Shown: piece after piece, positions 23,701-36,689 of the stretch | How positions within the stretch are numbered: the first letter of the stretch is position 1 | Layout: each line of letters begins with the position of its first letter | Source of the DNA: Camelus ferus | Taxonomy: Eukaryota | DNA length: 64,000 nucleotides | Assembly: GCF_009834535.1 (NCBI RefSeq) | Contig: NC_045697.1 | Span: 24,678,001-24,742,000 of the forward strand | Direction of reading: 5' to 3' | The notes under the pieces: generated by a model | What the model was told of the DNA's origin: nothing | Database searches by the model: none | What the model saw: the letters and a program-made list of their open reading frames with translations, nothing else | Position numbers and translations under genes: made by a program

Positions 23701-26700
23701 AATAATAATTTATGATGACATTATTTTAATTCTCACAAGATTTTCAAAACTATCAAGTTAAAAATCTCGGTAATTATAATCTTCAACTTGGATCAAAAAA
23801 TTCATAAGAAAATTATGTTGGTCATCAAGTCATTTAATCACTCCTTGAGTCACTAAAGCATTTATTAAGCAACTATGATGTGCAAGTGAATATCCTTGCT
23901 ATTAATGTACTGTGAATCTAAAACAAGAATGAGTCCTATGGAAACCATGTTGGAAGACAGTTAATTGCCTTAAAGGAAATACATAGTAAGTTTTTCTTGG
24001 TTTAGAAGACAATATCCATTTGTTAGACCACGACAGTTTTTAGCAACAAGAATAAATTTGAATTGCAAATAATTTTATTTCTCCATCATTTTAGAAATCT
24101 AAAATTGGCTTACAATTACCTTTAGAATAACATCCTGAATACTTTGTTCTTTAGGGCTTTGTATGATCTGGTTCCAGTCTGACTCACCAAACTTACCTCC
24201 TATTACTCTTCTTCCATTGTATGTCCCTCAGAATCTTGTCCTTATATTTAGAAATTTTAGTTCTATACTTTTGCTAGGGAAGATACAACACACAGTAAAC
24301 TGTGATGAAAGCTTGACTAGGCTCTTCTAGATATAAACTGCCCATTTTAGGAATTAGATAAAATTTTGGTGAGGTTCACATCCCTTTTTGATAGTAGAGG
24401 GTCCTAACTGCTGTTCTTATATAAATGGACAGCTAACTAACCAAACTTCATCCGAAAGTGAAAACTGTTGGATATATTTTTGAGAAGTGAAGATGGAAAG
24501 TGGTATGGCAAGGAACTTGTTATGAAGCCATAGAACTTTCCTCTGAGCTGTTTAACACAGGCAGTCAGTCAAAGATGTCAAGCAGTGTCTCTTTTATTAC
24601 TTTGCATTCTTGGTGTAATTCTAAAACAGAGACTTCATGAAGAGCCTAAGAATAGATTTTCTTTTTTGTTACCATTCTAACTTCTACTTTCATACCCCTC
24701 AACTCCAAATTCTTCTTTTTCACTGAAAGCTGTACATCTTTTAATTCCTTCACACATTCACCTTCTTCCCTGTTACAACTATTCCGTCTCTGGAAGCCTG
24801 GAGCTAATTGGGGTCTGTTCTTGACATGTTCTTCCTTACCTGGATTTAAGTCCTATTCCATTTCTCTGGCTTCTACCATTTTGGTTCTTGGACAATGCCA
24901 CCTACTCTCAAACTAAGTTCATTACCATCTAAGATTGCTTGACTATTGCTCCACTGTACCATTTGTTTGGGTACAGATCAACCATTAGTCTATCTAACCA
25001 TATGGAAACACTCTCTCTTAAATGTTCTTGAAGCTAGTTGTATTTTCAGCTTTACTCTATTCATGGAGAGATGGCACAAACACACAGAGAAGTCCTCATT
25101 TTCTTATTTTTATTCATATTCATTTGGTAATTTCATTCATATATTTAGTCAGTATTTTCCACCAACACTCTTAAACGTTGATGTCATCTTTAACACTTGT
25201 GGGGTTTTTCCCTCCTCACTGAGCCATCATAATTTTTCTTTTATTCCCCCTTCTATGCCCAGTCAGGTCTTTATGAACTGGCTACTAGGTTTGAGCAATA
25301 GAATCCTGCTGGTCTAGCATTTGAGGACCTGTCTTTATAATCAATCAAAACCGTCCAAAATCAAGACTCACATTCAGAAACACAACCTTGATCACATCTC
25401 TCACTTTTTCAAACCCCTCAGTTTGTGACCTCTGCTTATGATTCAAGGCTTTGTTAGACATTGAAAGTTCTCTGAAGTCTAGCCTGAATGATCCTTTCTA
25501 TTCTTATTTCTCATATGTTCCAGGAGATATCTGACTTCCCTCAAAATAATTGCTTGCTGTTTTCTAGGAATATCTTCACATTTCTACTCCTATGTACCTG
25601 TTTATGTTTTCCCTGGAATTCATTTTTCACTTCCTTCTATTAAGAACTTTTATTCTTTTCTCAAGGGTCATTTAATACCAATTTTTCAATGAGAAGTTCT
25701 GTTTAATCACTCCATGGAGTACTCAGTCATGTGAAAGAGGAAGTTTTATAAGCAGTAAATAAGGTCACAGTTAAATAAATGCTGTGGTTGAAGACTTAGT
25801 TCAAGGAAATTAGAATACCATATACCAAGTTATCCCTGCTCTTTGAGCATCCCTTATCTAGATTGTAATTCCTTAAGTCACAGATCATATCATGCTCCTC
25901 CTCCTCTTTTTCATTTTTATCATTCCCTGTAAATCTTCCAAATAAAATCTGCTCAATACTGTATTATTATTTGATTGCCTAAGTTGGAAGGTGTATTCTA
26001 TAAAGGCTAAGCTCTGGACAGAATTTTTTAATTTAGCACTATCCAATGATTCAAGAAAGCCTTCCAAGACTACATTAAAAAAACTCATGTTTTATACTCT
26101 TAAGTCATCATTAATAAATTACATAAATAACCACTGAAAGGTTTAGACTATCAGGTACTCTTCTAAATGCTGAAGAAATGGCAGACCCCTGCTTTCAATA
26201 GATTATGGACTGTTCTTAGCACTTAGATAATTAAAAAATTATATTTCTTGATTAATATTTATAAAATACTGTATATTTTAATTACATTATTAAAATATTT
26301 CTACATCTTTTATTCTTTATGTCTACATAACCTCCTCATCCCCAGGGCAGACATTATTTCTCTTTTTCCTCTCCACTGAAGAGGCACTGTTCATCATAGG
26401 GTTTATCACATAGTAAACACTCAGTAAATACAGTACTTGTGGAAACCATGCATAAAATACTTAAATACAAATATCACTATCTATGCAATTATTTGTAAGT
26501 TAATCTGATGACCAGTTTACCGCTATCCTTTATATGAATGAACTATTTTACTTGAAATAAGAATTTTCTTTTTTCTTCTCTCATTAGATTTATTTAAAGG
26601 AAAACCTTGTTCCAGATTTTCAAGTTCTCAGGGTTCCTGTTGATCAAAGAAGTTACCATTTACTAATGAAGGAGTATTTCCAGAGGTCATTTGTGTTTTC

Positions 26701-26934
26701 TAAAATCAGGTTGACTGGTATTAAAAATTTAACACAGATGCTGAAACAGTAAAAAAAAAAAAAAATCACACGTTTCTATTAATCAATCAATAGACTACTG
26801 AATTGTCTCTCTGATATTAATTGCCTTTGAAAAATACAACAGCCCATGTATCAGTAATTCTCAACCTGTCAGGATAAGTAATTCTCAACATTAAAACTAA
26901 CTTGCTTGGAGAAGGGGAGATAATATTCAGGTTA

Positions 26935-27765
26935 TTCTGAACTTGAAGTCATTTTGGACTGCTCTCTTTCTCTCACACTGCTTATCCAATCCATTAGCAA
27001 ATCCTTCCAGCATTACCATTAAAACAGACTCAGAGTCCAAACAGTCTCACAACCTCCACTGTTCCTAGTCCAGTTAGAGCCACCACAATCCCTAACCTGG
27101 ACTCAAAAAACAGCCTTCTGACATGTCTCCTGCTTCCACACTGGAAGACTTTCTCCTTTGCAGAAATCATGATGATCCTTTAAAAATCTGGGTCAACATT
27201 GTCACCCTACTATTCCAAATTGTGCCTGGCTTCTCAACTCATTCCGAATAAAATTTATGCTGTCTGGGTACCCTGCTATCTCTCTGATGTCATCTGTGGT
27301 CACTCCTCCCCTTGCCTCAACCACACTGGTCTCCTCAAGTGGGGTCCAAGGTTTCAAACATGCCTGAAGCCCTCTCAGAGCATTTGTGAGAGTTCTTTAC
27401 ATGGCTGAATATACCTTTCTCCCAGAAAATCATGAAATGGTTGGCGCCTTCACTTTCTTCCACCTGTATTTAAATGTAATTATCCAAGAGGGCTTCTTGG
27501 ACCAAGTTATATGAAACAGCATTCCCTCTACACCATTTATGTTCTATTCTGCAGCATTTCTTTGCCGTCATTCATTCACCACTTGCCTTATCACGTTTTC
27601 TCATTTATATACATATATATAAATCAAACATTAAAAATAATATTTTTCCTGGGTACTTGCCACCCTCTACAATAGAACCTCCGTCAGGAAAGAAATGTTG
27701 TTTTGTTCACTTCTATATCACCAAAGTCTGGAAGGATGGCTTGTAAAATGTAGGTAATTAATATT
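26935..27765 (+). mobile_element. L2 (L2a-like) 3' region
   Basis: atccaatccattagcaaatcc, gccaccacaatccctaacctggac, ttttgttcacttctatatcacca. Interrupted at its tail by a SINE. Confidence 0.75.
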
Positions 27766-27767
27766 AC

Positions 27768-27903
27768 TTTTAAAAAAATTGGGGGAGGAAGTAATCAGGT
27801 TTGTTTGTTTGTTTGTTCATTATTTTTTTAAAGGTAATACTGTGGAATGAACCCAGGACCTCGTGCATGCGAGGCATGCCCTCTACCAGCTATACCTTCC
27901 CCC
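27768..27903 (-). mobile_element. tRNA-Ala-derived SINE (camelid Vic-1-like)
   Basis: Reverse complement reads gggggaaggtatagct..ggtagagggcatgcctcgcatgcacgaggtcctgggttca...aaacctgattacttcctcccc. Same family as 43773-43920. Confidence 0.85.
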
Positions 27904-30744
27904 TTAATGCTATTTTTTTAATGCTTAAAAATCTTTCTTACTGAAAACTGAAAGACTCTTTACTTTATATTTAAATTATTCTAATTTGAAAGTTTTCTAT
28001 TTAATTTCAAGTAAGAATGGCATGTTTACATGAAACAATTTAAATAAAATAGACATTTTTATATTCCATATTTCATCCACTGTGAAGGAATATGCTTCTG
28101 TGCTTATACAAATGAGCTAAAATAAAATATATATCAGAACAGCCTAATGTTCAATGGAATAAATATATCTCTAGATTTCTAGATCTAAGTCATGAAATAG
28201 AAGATACAGCTGTCTCAAAAGAATTCTAGAACTTAAAAGGGAAAATAATTTTTTTAGGCATAAATCTTTCCCATAGTTTGTAAAAGCAATAGTAATTTAT
28301 TAAAATTATTTCCTATTTTTGTGTTATTTTGCATTCCTCATTCTTTAAATCATATACCTTATGCATTTGAATATATACAGCTTTATAATGTCATGTAATA
28401 CAAAATGCCTTGCAATGTTTGTGATTATCTACAGTTAGTGGCAATGAAGGTATCTAGTACTCTCATTATGAACTTCTCTGTCTTAAAGAAGTCCTATATT
28501 TAAAAAAATTTTAGTTGGTAAAATAGATAAAATATATGCCTGCACTGCAAAAATGTGTTTGTGTATGTGTCTGTGTATGTGTGTGTGTATGCGCTTGTGT
28601 GTGTGGAAAGAGAAAAAGAGAATTGTTTTACTATTCACACAAAATAAAAGTTACAACATATATAGTATCTTAGGAAGAGTTTTACTGTTATCTGATTATA
28701 ATCCACTTGAGCTCTATAAAAATTCTCAGAATGTGTAACATAAAAACAAGTATTATTTATGATTTCTACTGCTTCAACATTTACTGTAAAGATCCTTATG
28801 ACAGAAAAATCTACTGTCTATATTCAACTGTCTCCAATAATCTCTCTCCCTTTTTAATGTTATAGTCTTTTCTAAGGATGAACTTAGTATTTCACTGTGT
28901 GAAGTGTCAAGGCTTGCCAGCAGTTCAAGTCCATTTCACTAGGAGTAGATATATGAAACTTCATGCTTCCTAGCTGTGCATATACATTCACCTGTTAAAG
29001 AGAAATATTATGATGTCTTTCTTTGATATAAAATATTGAAAAGACTTTCTGTTTCAATGCTAACTTTAACTAGTATGGTGAAACCATTATAGTATGTGTA
29101 AAAGTAAACCTGTCACATGAGGGAATGTAGATCATACCATTTTTAATGTTATTTCAATCTCTAATTTTCTGAATCATTAAGTACATACTATATTAATATT
29201 GGATTGTGGGGGAAAATCACTACATCTGCATAATCTCTAATACTAGTCATTAAATTATTAAAGACATGTACTTGTCAGTGACATTGCATTTCCTAGAATT
29301 TGACTGGAGTTATATACTTATGAATAAAGTAAAATGGAAAGTTAATATTTTCTGCATTGCTAAAAATTAATAGGAAAACTAATCTACAGTCTTATTTTAA
29401 AAATATTTTTGATACATGAAGAGTGAAACGACTGCTACAGTCATATGATTATCTTCATTATTTTATCCATTCATCATCTAAGATTGATTTAACCATCATT
29501 TTATAATTTTGTGTTCAGTAGTTGTTTAAAAGCATTGCTTATATAAAAAGTTATCAAATCATACAAAATATACAACACCTTGAAATAACCACAATAAGAA
29601 ATAAAAACATCTTGAATTATTTAAATCTCAGATACCCCCAATATATAAAATATTCTGTATCAGAACACCAGCTCAAATGTCACAGTATATACATTCCTGA
29701 TTGAAAATACATACCTCCATTTTTTCTTGGAATAGGTACTGAGAGCAATCATTTCGATTGGATTACTAAGATGAATGGAATTTGTTGAAATGATAAGGCA
29801 AATGAGAGAATGAGAAAGAGATGTAGCAGATGAAATATCAGAAAGAAAAAAAAACAAGAACTTTATTATATTTGATCAAATTTAGTATATAGATATATAG
29901 ATACATAGATATATAATGCTATTGTTAATATAAATGATTGTGAGAATAATTAGATAAGTGGTCAGACTTCATGAAATTGAGAATATTTCTCCTAATTCAC
30001 TGAAAACTGGTTTATTTGATTATGATTAGTATTTCTGAAATATGTCCACTTCTAAGTAGATGCACATGTAACAATAGTTAGATGAATGACACAGAATGTG
30101 CAAAAATCTAGTTTTTCTATCTAAAAACCATTATAATACACATTTATTACTGTGTGGGTTCCTTTTATCAAATTAGGTACTTACAATATAGATTATTCTT
30201 TTAGATAACTAAGGTACCTTTTCTTAAAAAATAGAACTGGCAAAAGCACTAACGGGTTTGACACACCATGTCGGTCATGCCCAACAAAGTTATGACTGAC
30301 AGCCTGCCTAGGGCCTCAGGGACAAGTCTTTAGAAGAAGGGCAGAGTTCAAGGAAAAGGTCTGGAACAGAGCAAGACTAATACCTCAGAGGGTAACAAAA
30401 ACTGCCAAGGTCAAATTAAAATCAATCTATCAGTTTATAGGCAACTCATGTGGCAAAGACAAGGCCAGAGCTCCATGATTCTGCTCCACACAAGCAATGA
30501 AACACCATTTTTATAAATTCTATACAGAGGAGTGTGATATCTTGTAACAGTGACTGATAAGCTGTAAATCTGTTTCAGGTGTTTGAGATGCTCTATCTCT
30601 CCCTATTCAAGGATGACTTCATCTTTGTAGAATTATATTTTGTGTAACCTTCAGTGTTTCTTGGGAATTTTTTTCACAGTTATCTTTAAAGGTGCTAATC
30701 CCATATTTTGTAATCTGTACTGTGTCATAATGTTAGAACTGTGT

Positions 30745-30900
30745 GAAGGATACCATTGGCTTTAAGACAAGACTGGTTTGAATCACATTTCTGCTACTTA
30801 CTCATTGGATGACCCTGAGCTGTTTATTTTACACCGCTAGGCTTTGGTTTTACCATCTCAGAACAGTGATGATAATAAATGGCCTGCAATGTTGCTATTA
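30745..30900 (+). mobile_element. MIR SINE, degenerate
   Basis: gactggtttgaatcacatttctgctacttact...gatgaccctgagc. Confidence 0.6.
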
Positions 30901-31515
30901 AAAAGAACGGAGAAAACGAAGGTACAACATTTAAATTGAGGCTACAGAAGAGCCATAGTACCATTATTTTATTGTACATTTCTCTGACAGCTTAGTTCAG
31001 GAACGATCATACAATCACCACAACTCTTCCTGTTGCTGAAGATGAAAATCACAGAACTAGGATGCCATATAGCTTTCATCTCACGTGTTAATGCCAAGAT
31101 ATTCCTAATGGTTACATAGTGCACTGTGTCAAGAAAAGTTTTGGAGTTCATTAATGACTACCATGAAGTGTTTTCTATAATTGGTGGAAAAGGGTGATAG
31201 CACAACTATATATGTTGACCCTTATGTGGAATGCTTAATTAAATTAATGTAATTGAAAAGTTTTCCATCAATCTAAATTACTTTAACTTGAAGTGTTTAT
31301 AATAATTATTTAAGTGCTATGTAAGTGGAAAATTAGCTATGTCACAAGGCTCATATAAGTACACTTAGGCAAAATAAGTCAAATATTTTGATTTTTCAAC
31401 ACTGTCAGTATTATAGCAAAACATCAGCCATTCAGATTTTTTTTTAAAATGTGGAAGCAGTTCCTTCATTGGATAGCTTTGTACCTTCTCTTGGAAACAA
31501 GAAGAGTGATCCTAG

Positions 31516-31690
31516 AGCCGCGATTCTCAGCTCAGCTCTAATCAATAGAAAAGCAGTGGATTTTTTTTAATATTATAAATGCAGGTAATGACATAGAATA
31601 ACCTGATGCAGTAGGTTAAAGCAGTTAAGATTGTGTATTTTTCAAAACTCCAAAGATAATTCTAAAACAAAGGCTGGTTAAGAAGTATTG
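31516..31690. mobile_element. MER5-like hAT DNA transposon remnant
   Basis: Degenerate termini (gcgattctca...ttaagaagtattg) and internal tgtatttttcaaaactccaaagataattct. Confidence 0.45.
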
Positions 31691-33918
31691 CCTTACAGCC
31701 TTGGAAAATACATTTTTATTATGAAATTGATAAATCAGAGTTGTAATTTTCTTTCCTAATTTGGTAATGACCAACTTCTTACACATTAAAGCCATCATTA
31801 AAATTAAGTTATAAAGCTTTACTTTTCACTAAATTTATAAATTGTATTATATTTAATTATTTTTTTTTTATTAATTTTATGACTATCTTGAGGCTCTGCT
31901 CTTCTCTTTCCTTCTCTTTCCCTGTCTCCTGTTTAACCAATACATACTAACTGTTGGCCTTGATAATAGTAAATACTAAACTGTAAATTCTCAATATTGA
32001 TAAATTTTAGTGTGTATAATTTTCAAATCCTTCATTTTTTCCTCTTGTATGATACCAGTATTGACTGAAATTATAATTATTTCATAAGGAAACTGCATCT
32101 TAATTCTGATATTGTTTGGTAGTCCTATGTGTTATATTACTATAAAATACTGTCTTACTCATTTTTTCTTTCTTAGACCAAAAGCTATGAAGTTGTGTAT
32201 TCATTAGTTTCTAAGTTTCAATTTTATTGTTGGAAATGTTTCAGAGAATTTAGTCAGCATTATATAGCATTTTTGATGCCACAACAATAAATAATGATGT
32301 CATTTTAATTGTATTTCTAATAAATTCTTCCTGAAATTTTTCTGGATATGGTGAAAATACAGCTGTAACAACTTTAGAATTAATATTTTACAATATTCCT
32401 TTGTTTTTTCATTCACTTCACTAAATTCCAGGTGTTTCTTTTCTTTTTTCAGAAATACACACATATATAATCATAATCATATGTATTTATATATGGATAT
32501 GTTTATAAATTTTTATAAACACAAATATACACACAATTTGAGGGACAAGTTTTTTAGCCCATATCAACTCAATAAGGCACTTAATCATACCACAGGTACA
32601 ATAATAAATCTTCCTTAAATACCTGATTGACTGATTGGTTTTAATGACAGAGTTGATCATTAATATAAAAATAAATAATAAAAATAGGAAGATATAAACA
32701 AATGTATGGTAACAATGTATAAGTTAATAATTTAAAAACCCATATACAAATAATAAACAAAGGCTAAGTTCCTTGACATTGCATGCAAGTGCCTTTGTAC
32801 CCCCTACTTCCCTAACTCCGCTCTCTCTGCTCTCTTACAGTCTGGGCCATGTTAAACTACTCACATTACTCCTGATTCTTCATACTCTCCTACCTTCAAA
32901 TCCTTCTTCATTATGATTTCTCTGGAAAAACAGTCACTCAGACTCTTGTGTTGGCCTACAATTTCTCCTGATTCAGTACTGACATATCGTCCTTTGAGAC
33001 GCCATTTCTAAATTTCTGAGCTGGCGATTGTAATGCTTCTAAGAGTTTGCAAAACACTTTGTGCATAATTGTCTCATAGAACATGTCTCCCTGGACAACA
33101 AGAGTCTGATTATTTGTCTGGACTGAGTATTAGTGATTTCCCAAAGTATTATTGAGCATCTAAAGGAATTTTTTTAAACATTAGGCCTACTGTAAAATTT
33201 CCTTAGACATTAGACCTGTGCTGAGTTAGATATACTTTGGTCAGGAATGTGAGAGAAATTGTTTGACCAAAAAAACTGAAGTGTAAAATCTGGCATTAAA
33301 TATCCTAAACACAATCTGTAAAAATACTAAAATGTAAACAAGCTGCTTTTTAAAATGTTAGGGAAGTGAAACTTTTCAATCCTTAAATTTGTAAAACATG
33401 GCAATTGAAAGAGGCAGGCAGGCAGATGATGCCAGGATTTTACACATGTCTATAGGGTTTCTGTGGGATACATAGCGATTTCAGTAAAAATACAAATATA
33501 TTGTGAGAGAGAGTATAGTAAAATGATTAATGTTGGGATGGGCTCAAGGGATCCCACTATATAGGACCTGTGTTTTTATCCCAAATTCTGAACGAGATGG
33601 AATCAACAGATAGAGAACCAAAATATTTCTTTTGCTATTAAAAAGTTTAATTTGAAGGTCCTAGATAAATATGAGCAAGTAAACATTTTATTCTTTAGTA
33701 CAGATTTTGGTATCACCCACCAGAGAGGTAGCTTGATTCTGTAGAGCAGACACGCTTCTCAAATCAGTGAGGAAAGAGAGAGAGAGAGAGAAAGAGAGAC
33801 ATTTCCCATTGCTGCCCATAAATGCAGGTATCTCCTAGATTGTATATGTTGAGGAATAGTTGTTATCTACCAGCTAAGTGGTACCTTTTCCTCTATGGGA
33901 TTCAGTAAGGAGTCAGGC

Positions 33919-33969
33919 AAAAAAAAAAAAAAAAAAAAAAAAAAAATTAAAAAAAAATTTAAAAAAAAA
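33919..33969. repeat. Interrupted poly(A) tract (A28-TT-A9-TTT-A9)
   Basis: Seen directly. Confidence 0.95.
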
Positions 33970-34936
33970 CCAAGAATATTTATTGGAACTCAATAAGCCA
34001 TTAGCATAGATTTTGTTCTAACCTTTGGAATTTGCTCCTTTGAGTACGGTACGGTGACACTAGTAGGAAGAAATACATATTTCCTTTCAGAAAGCTCCAA
34101 AATTGGTTAACACATCCCATTAAGTAAACCAACAATAAAGTCACTATGATAAAAGTTAAAATTGTTTGCCTATCACATTTCTCAGCTCATACTATAACTA
34201 GCCAAGTTGCATGTTTTCCACTCTAGCCTATTGGGAGTTTTGCAAAGAGATCAATGATGTAATAAAGACACAAGTAATAAGATGCACTCATTTGAATATA
34301 AACATTATAATACTAGTCAAATAGTCAGTCTGACTCAAAATTTAAAGTCAAACATTCAATCCCATTGCAATCAATGAAGCTTTGTATTTTTCTCCCTGAA
34401 AAGATCCAGCTGTCTCAGGACCTCTGAATTGAATTTATTCCATGACAAGTCTCTCCTGTCATTTTTAAAGCTAGCAAAGAGATAATAGATCACATATGAT
34501 TTTCATTACACTAGCACCACAAACTCCAATTTAAAAGTCCAGGCCAGTTGCCAGATTGTTGAGCAGTTTTCCCAGCAAAAAGTCTATACAACATCCCAGC
34601 ATTTAGTGTTGACAAAAACTCTAGCAGAAATTCAGCGTTACCTGAGAAAAGGAGAAAGAAAAAATATTCTTAATTTGTTTCTTACCTGAAAGCCACAGTT
34701 TCAGCTGGTTATCCAGAATCCATGACACTGAACTTTGATTCAAATTGGAGAAAGCCCCCAGGGAAAACATGGTTTGGCATGATGGATTACCCCAGCTAGA
34801 AGAGGGGAAGCATCTCTTCCTATTCTTTCCTCTCAGACAGTGGCTTTTGTGACATTTCTGCTGTATCACCTTGACACCTCCTTGGAGTTTGTGCTTAGCC
34901 CGTATTGTCCTCTACTGTTACCTGAAGCCAAGAGGC

Positions 34937-35351
34937 TGTTACGGAAACAACAGGCCAGCCAAGAAACAAGCACCACTCGGAGGGTTGCAGTACTCAGATG
35001 TATTACGCCAGCAGGCTCAGAGGGGCTTCTGCTCCGAAGCTCTGAGCACCTCCAAGACGTGCGCATGAGGTTTTATAGGGTAAAGTACCAAGCTTGGGGT
35101 ATTCGGCCAATAGGCATGGAACAGCTTTAGCAGCATCATTATCACAAAAGTGGAGGCAGGGAGGCAGCAAAGCAACATTCCAAAGCCAGATATGTATCTT
35201 TGAAAATCCAGCTGGCTAGCAAAAAAACATGAACAGCAAACCAACACTAATTAACCTAGATTTACAAGTTAGTCCAGCAGAACTCAGATCAGTATTCTGA
35301 TACTTGGATTTGTGAGTTATCTTGTTAGACCAGCCCAGTCTCTCCTTCACA
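34937..35351 (-). mobile_element. Young solo LTR, ERV1 class, 415 bp
   Basis: TGT...ACA termini. Exact 4-bp TSD AGGC at 34933-34936 and 35352-35355. Minus-strand TATAAAA at about 35071-35077, CCAAT near 35107, several retained CpGs. Confidence 0.88.
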
Positions 35352-36689
35352 AGGCTACACAATTTATCTGTAAACCACTAAATGCTAACAAACAAAAAAT
35401 TTAGCAAAACGAAGACCTGTGTTCTGCAGCATCCTTTAAGTACATCCCAAATTTAAATTCACTCACTCTAGCAGCGTCAGAAGCATCAATCAGTGTTAGT
35501 TTTCTATCCTAAAATTTTTCTTTTTCTATTTTTCCAAGTTTATAAACCAATCTTTAAAATCTGGGGATCTTGAAGTTTTACAGCTAATTAAGTTGAGTGG
35601 AGATAGCCCTTTTCAAATATGTGGCATGTAGGTGAGGAAGGAAACATGCATTTTATGCAAGTAGATTCCTCCAAGGAGAAAGAGAGGCAAGGCATTTTCT
35701 GCACCCATTTACATTGCCTCCCCTGGGGGAATGCTATGCTAAAGCATCTCTTTTCGAATGAAAGGAAGTATCTTCAATGAGAGAAGTTTTCCTTCCATTT
35801 TCAACAGTTAAGAACCACGGTTGGCTTTTACTTCTGGGATGGGAATACGGAAAGCTCCATTTCACTTCTGGTGAAACTAGTGTAATTGATGAAGAACATA
35901 AAGAAACATTTATATAAAGTCTCCAGAAACCGTCTTAAGGGTAGAGAGCAAATAAAGAAATATTTATTCCAGAAAGTCTAGGACAACTTGATAAGAAGTT
36001 AGTCTATGGGATCTAGCCATGACCTGCTCTCTGACACTCCCCACACCACCCACAGTTTGGCAAAAAGAAAGGCTCACTCTGGGTGGGTGTGACCAAGAAG
36101 ATAAGGCACCCTCTCCATTCAGCTCTCCATCAGACGGATACACTATCTCCTGTAGAGGAGAGGAAGGATGTGAGCATTTGTGATTGTGTCCAGTTTAAAG
36201 TTGAAGAGGCTAAATTGCTGGTGAGTGTGAGGAAATGGTGGGTACTCTCTTCCTCCATCCAGTCTCACTCATTCGCTATAAATAAACCCCACGTTTGACA
36301 AGCTAAAATTTTGAAAGCCCATTCTCCCTCACATCAGCTTGCTAATAAGGCAGAGGTTCTACAAAGAAAGAGGCAAGCTGAGAAGACCAGAGGCTATCAT
36401 TCCACCCAATTACCTGTTTAGTAGCTTCGATATTCTTTTTCCTTGGCCCCAAAGCTCTCAACCTTCAAGGCCAGATTTTTTGATGGGAAAAAAAAAGAGA
36501 GTGTGGGGAAGTTCAAGCCTAAAGGTACTCTTTAACCAATTCCTTTTGTTTAAAAGCAACAAGCTAAAGCATAGTCTTTTTTTTCCCCCCACCAGAGAGA
36601 ACTGGAGAAAGAAAGCTAAGAAGAGACTTTAGAGGTCAGAAAGAACCTCAAAGACCACCCACTCCCAAAAGCTATCCCTGTCCCAATTT

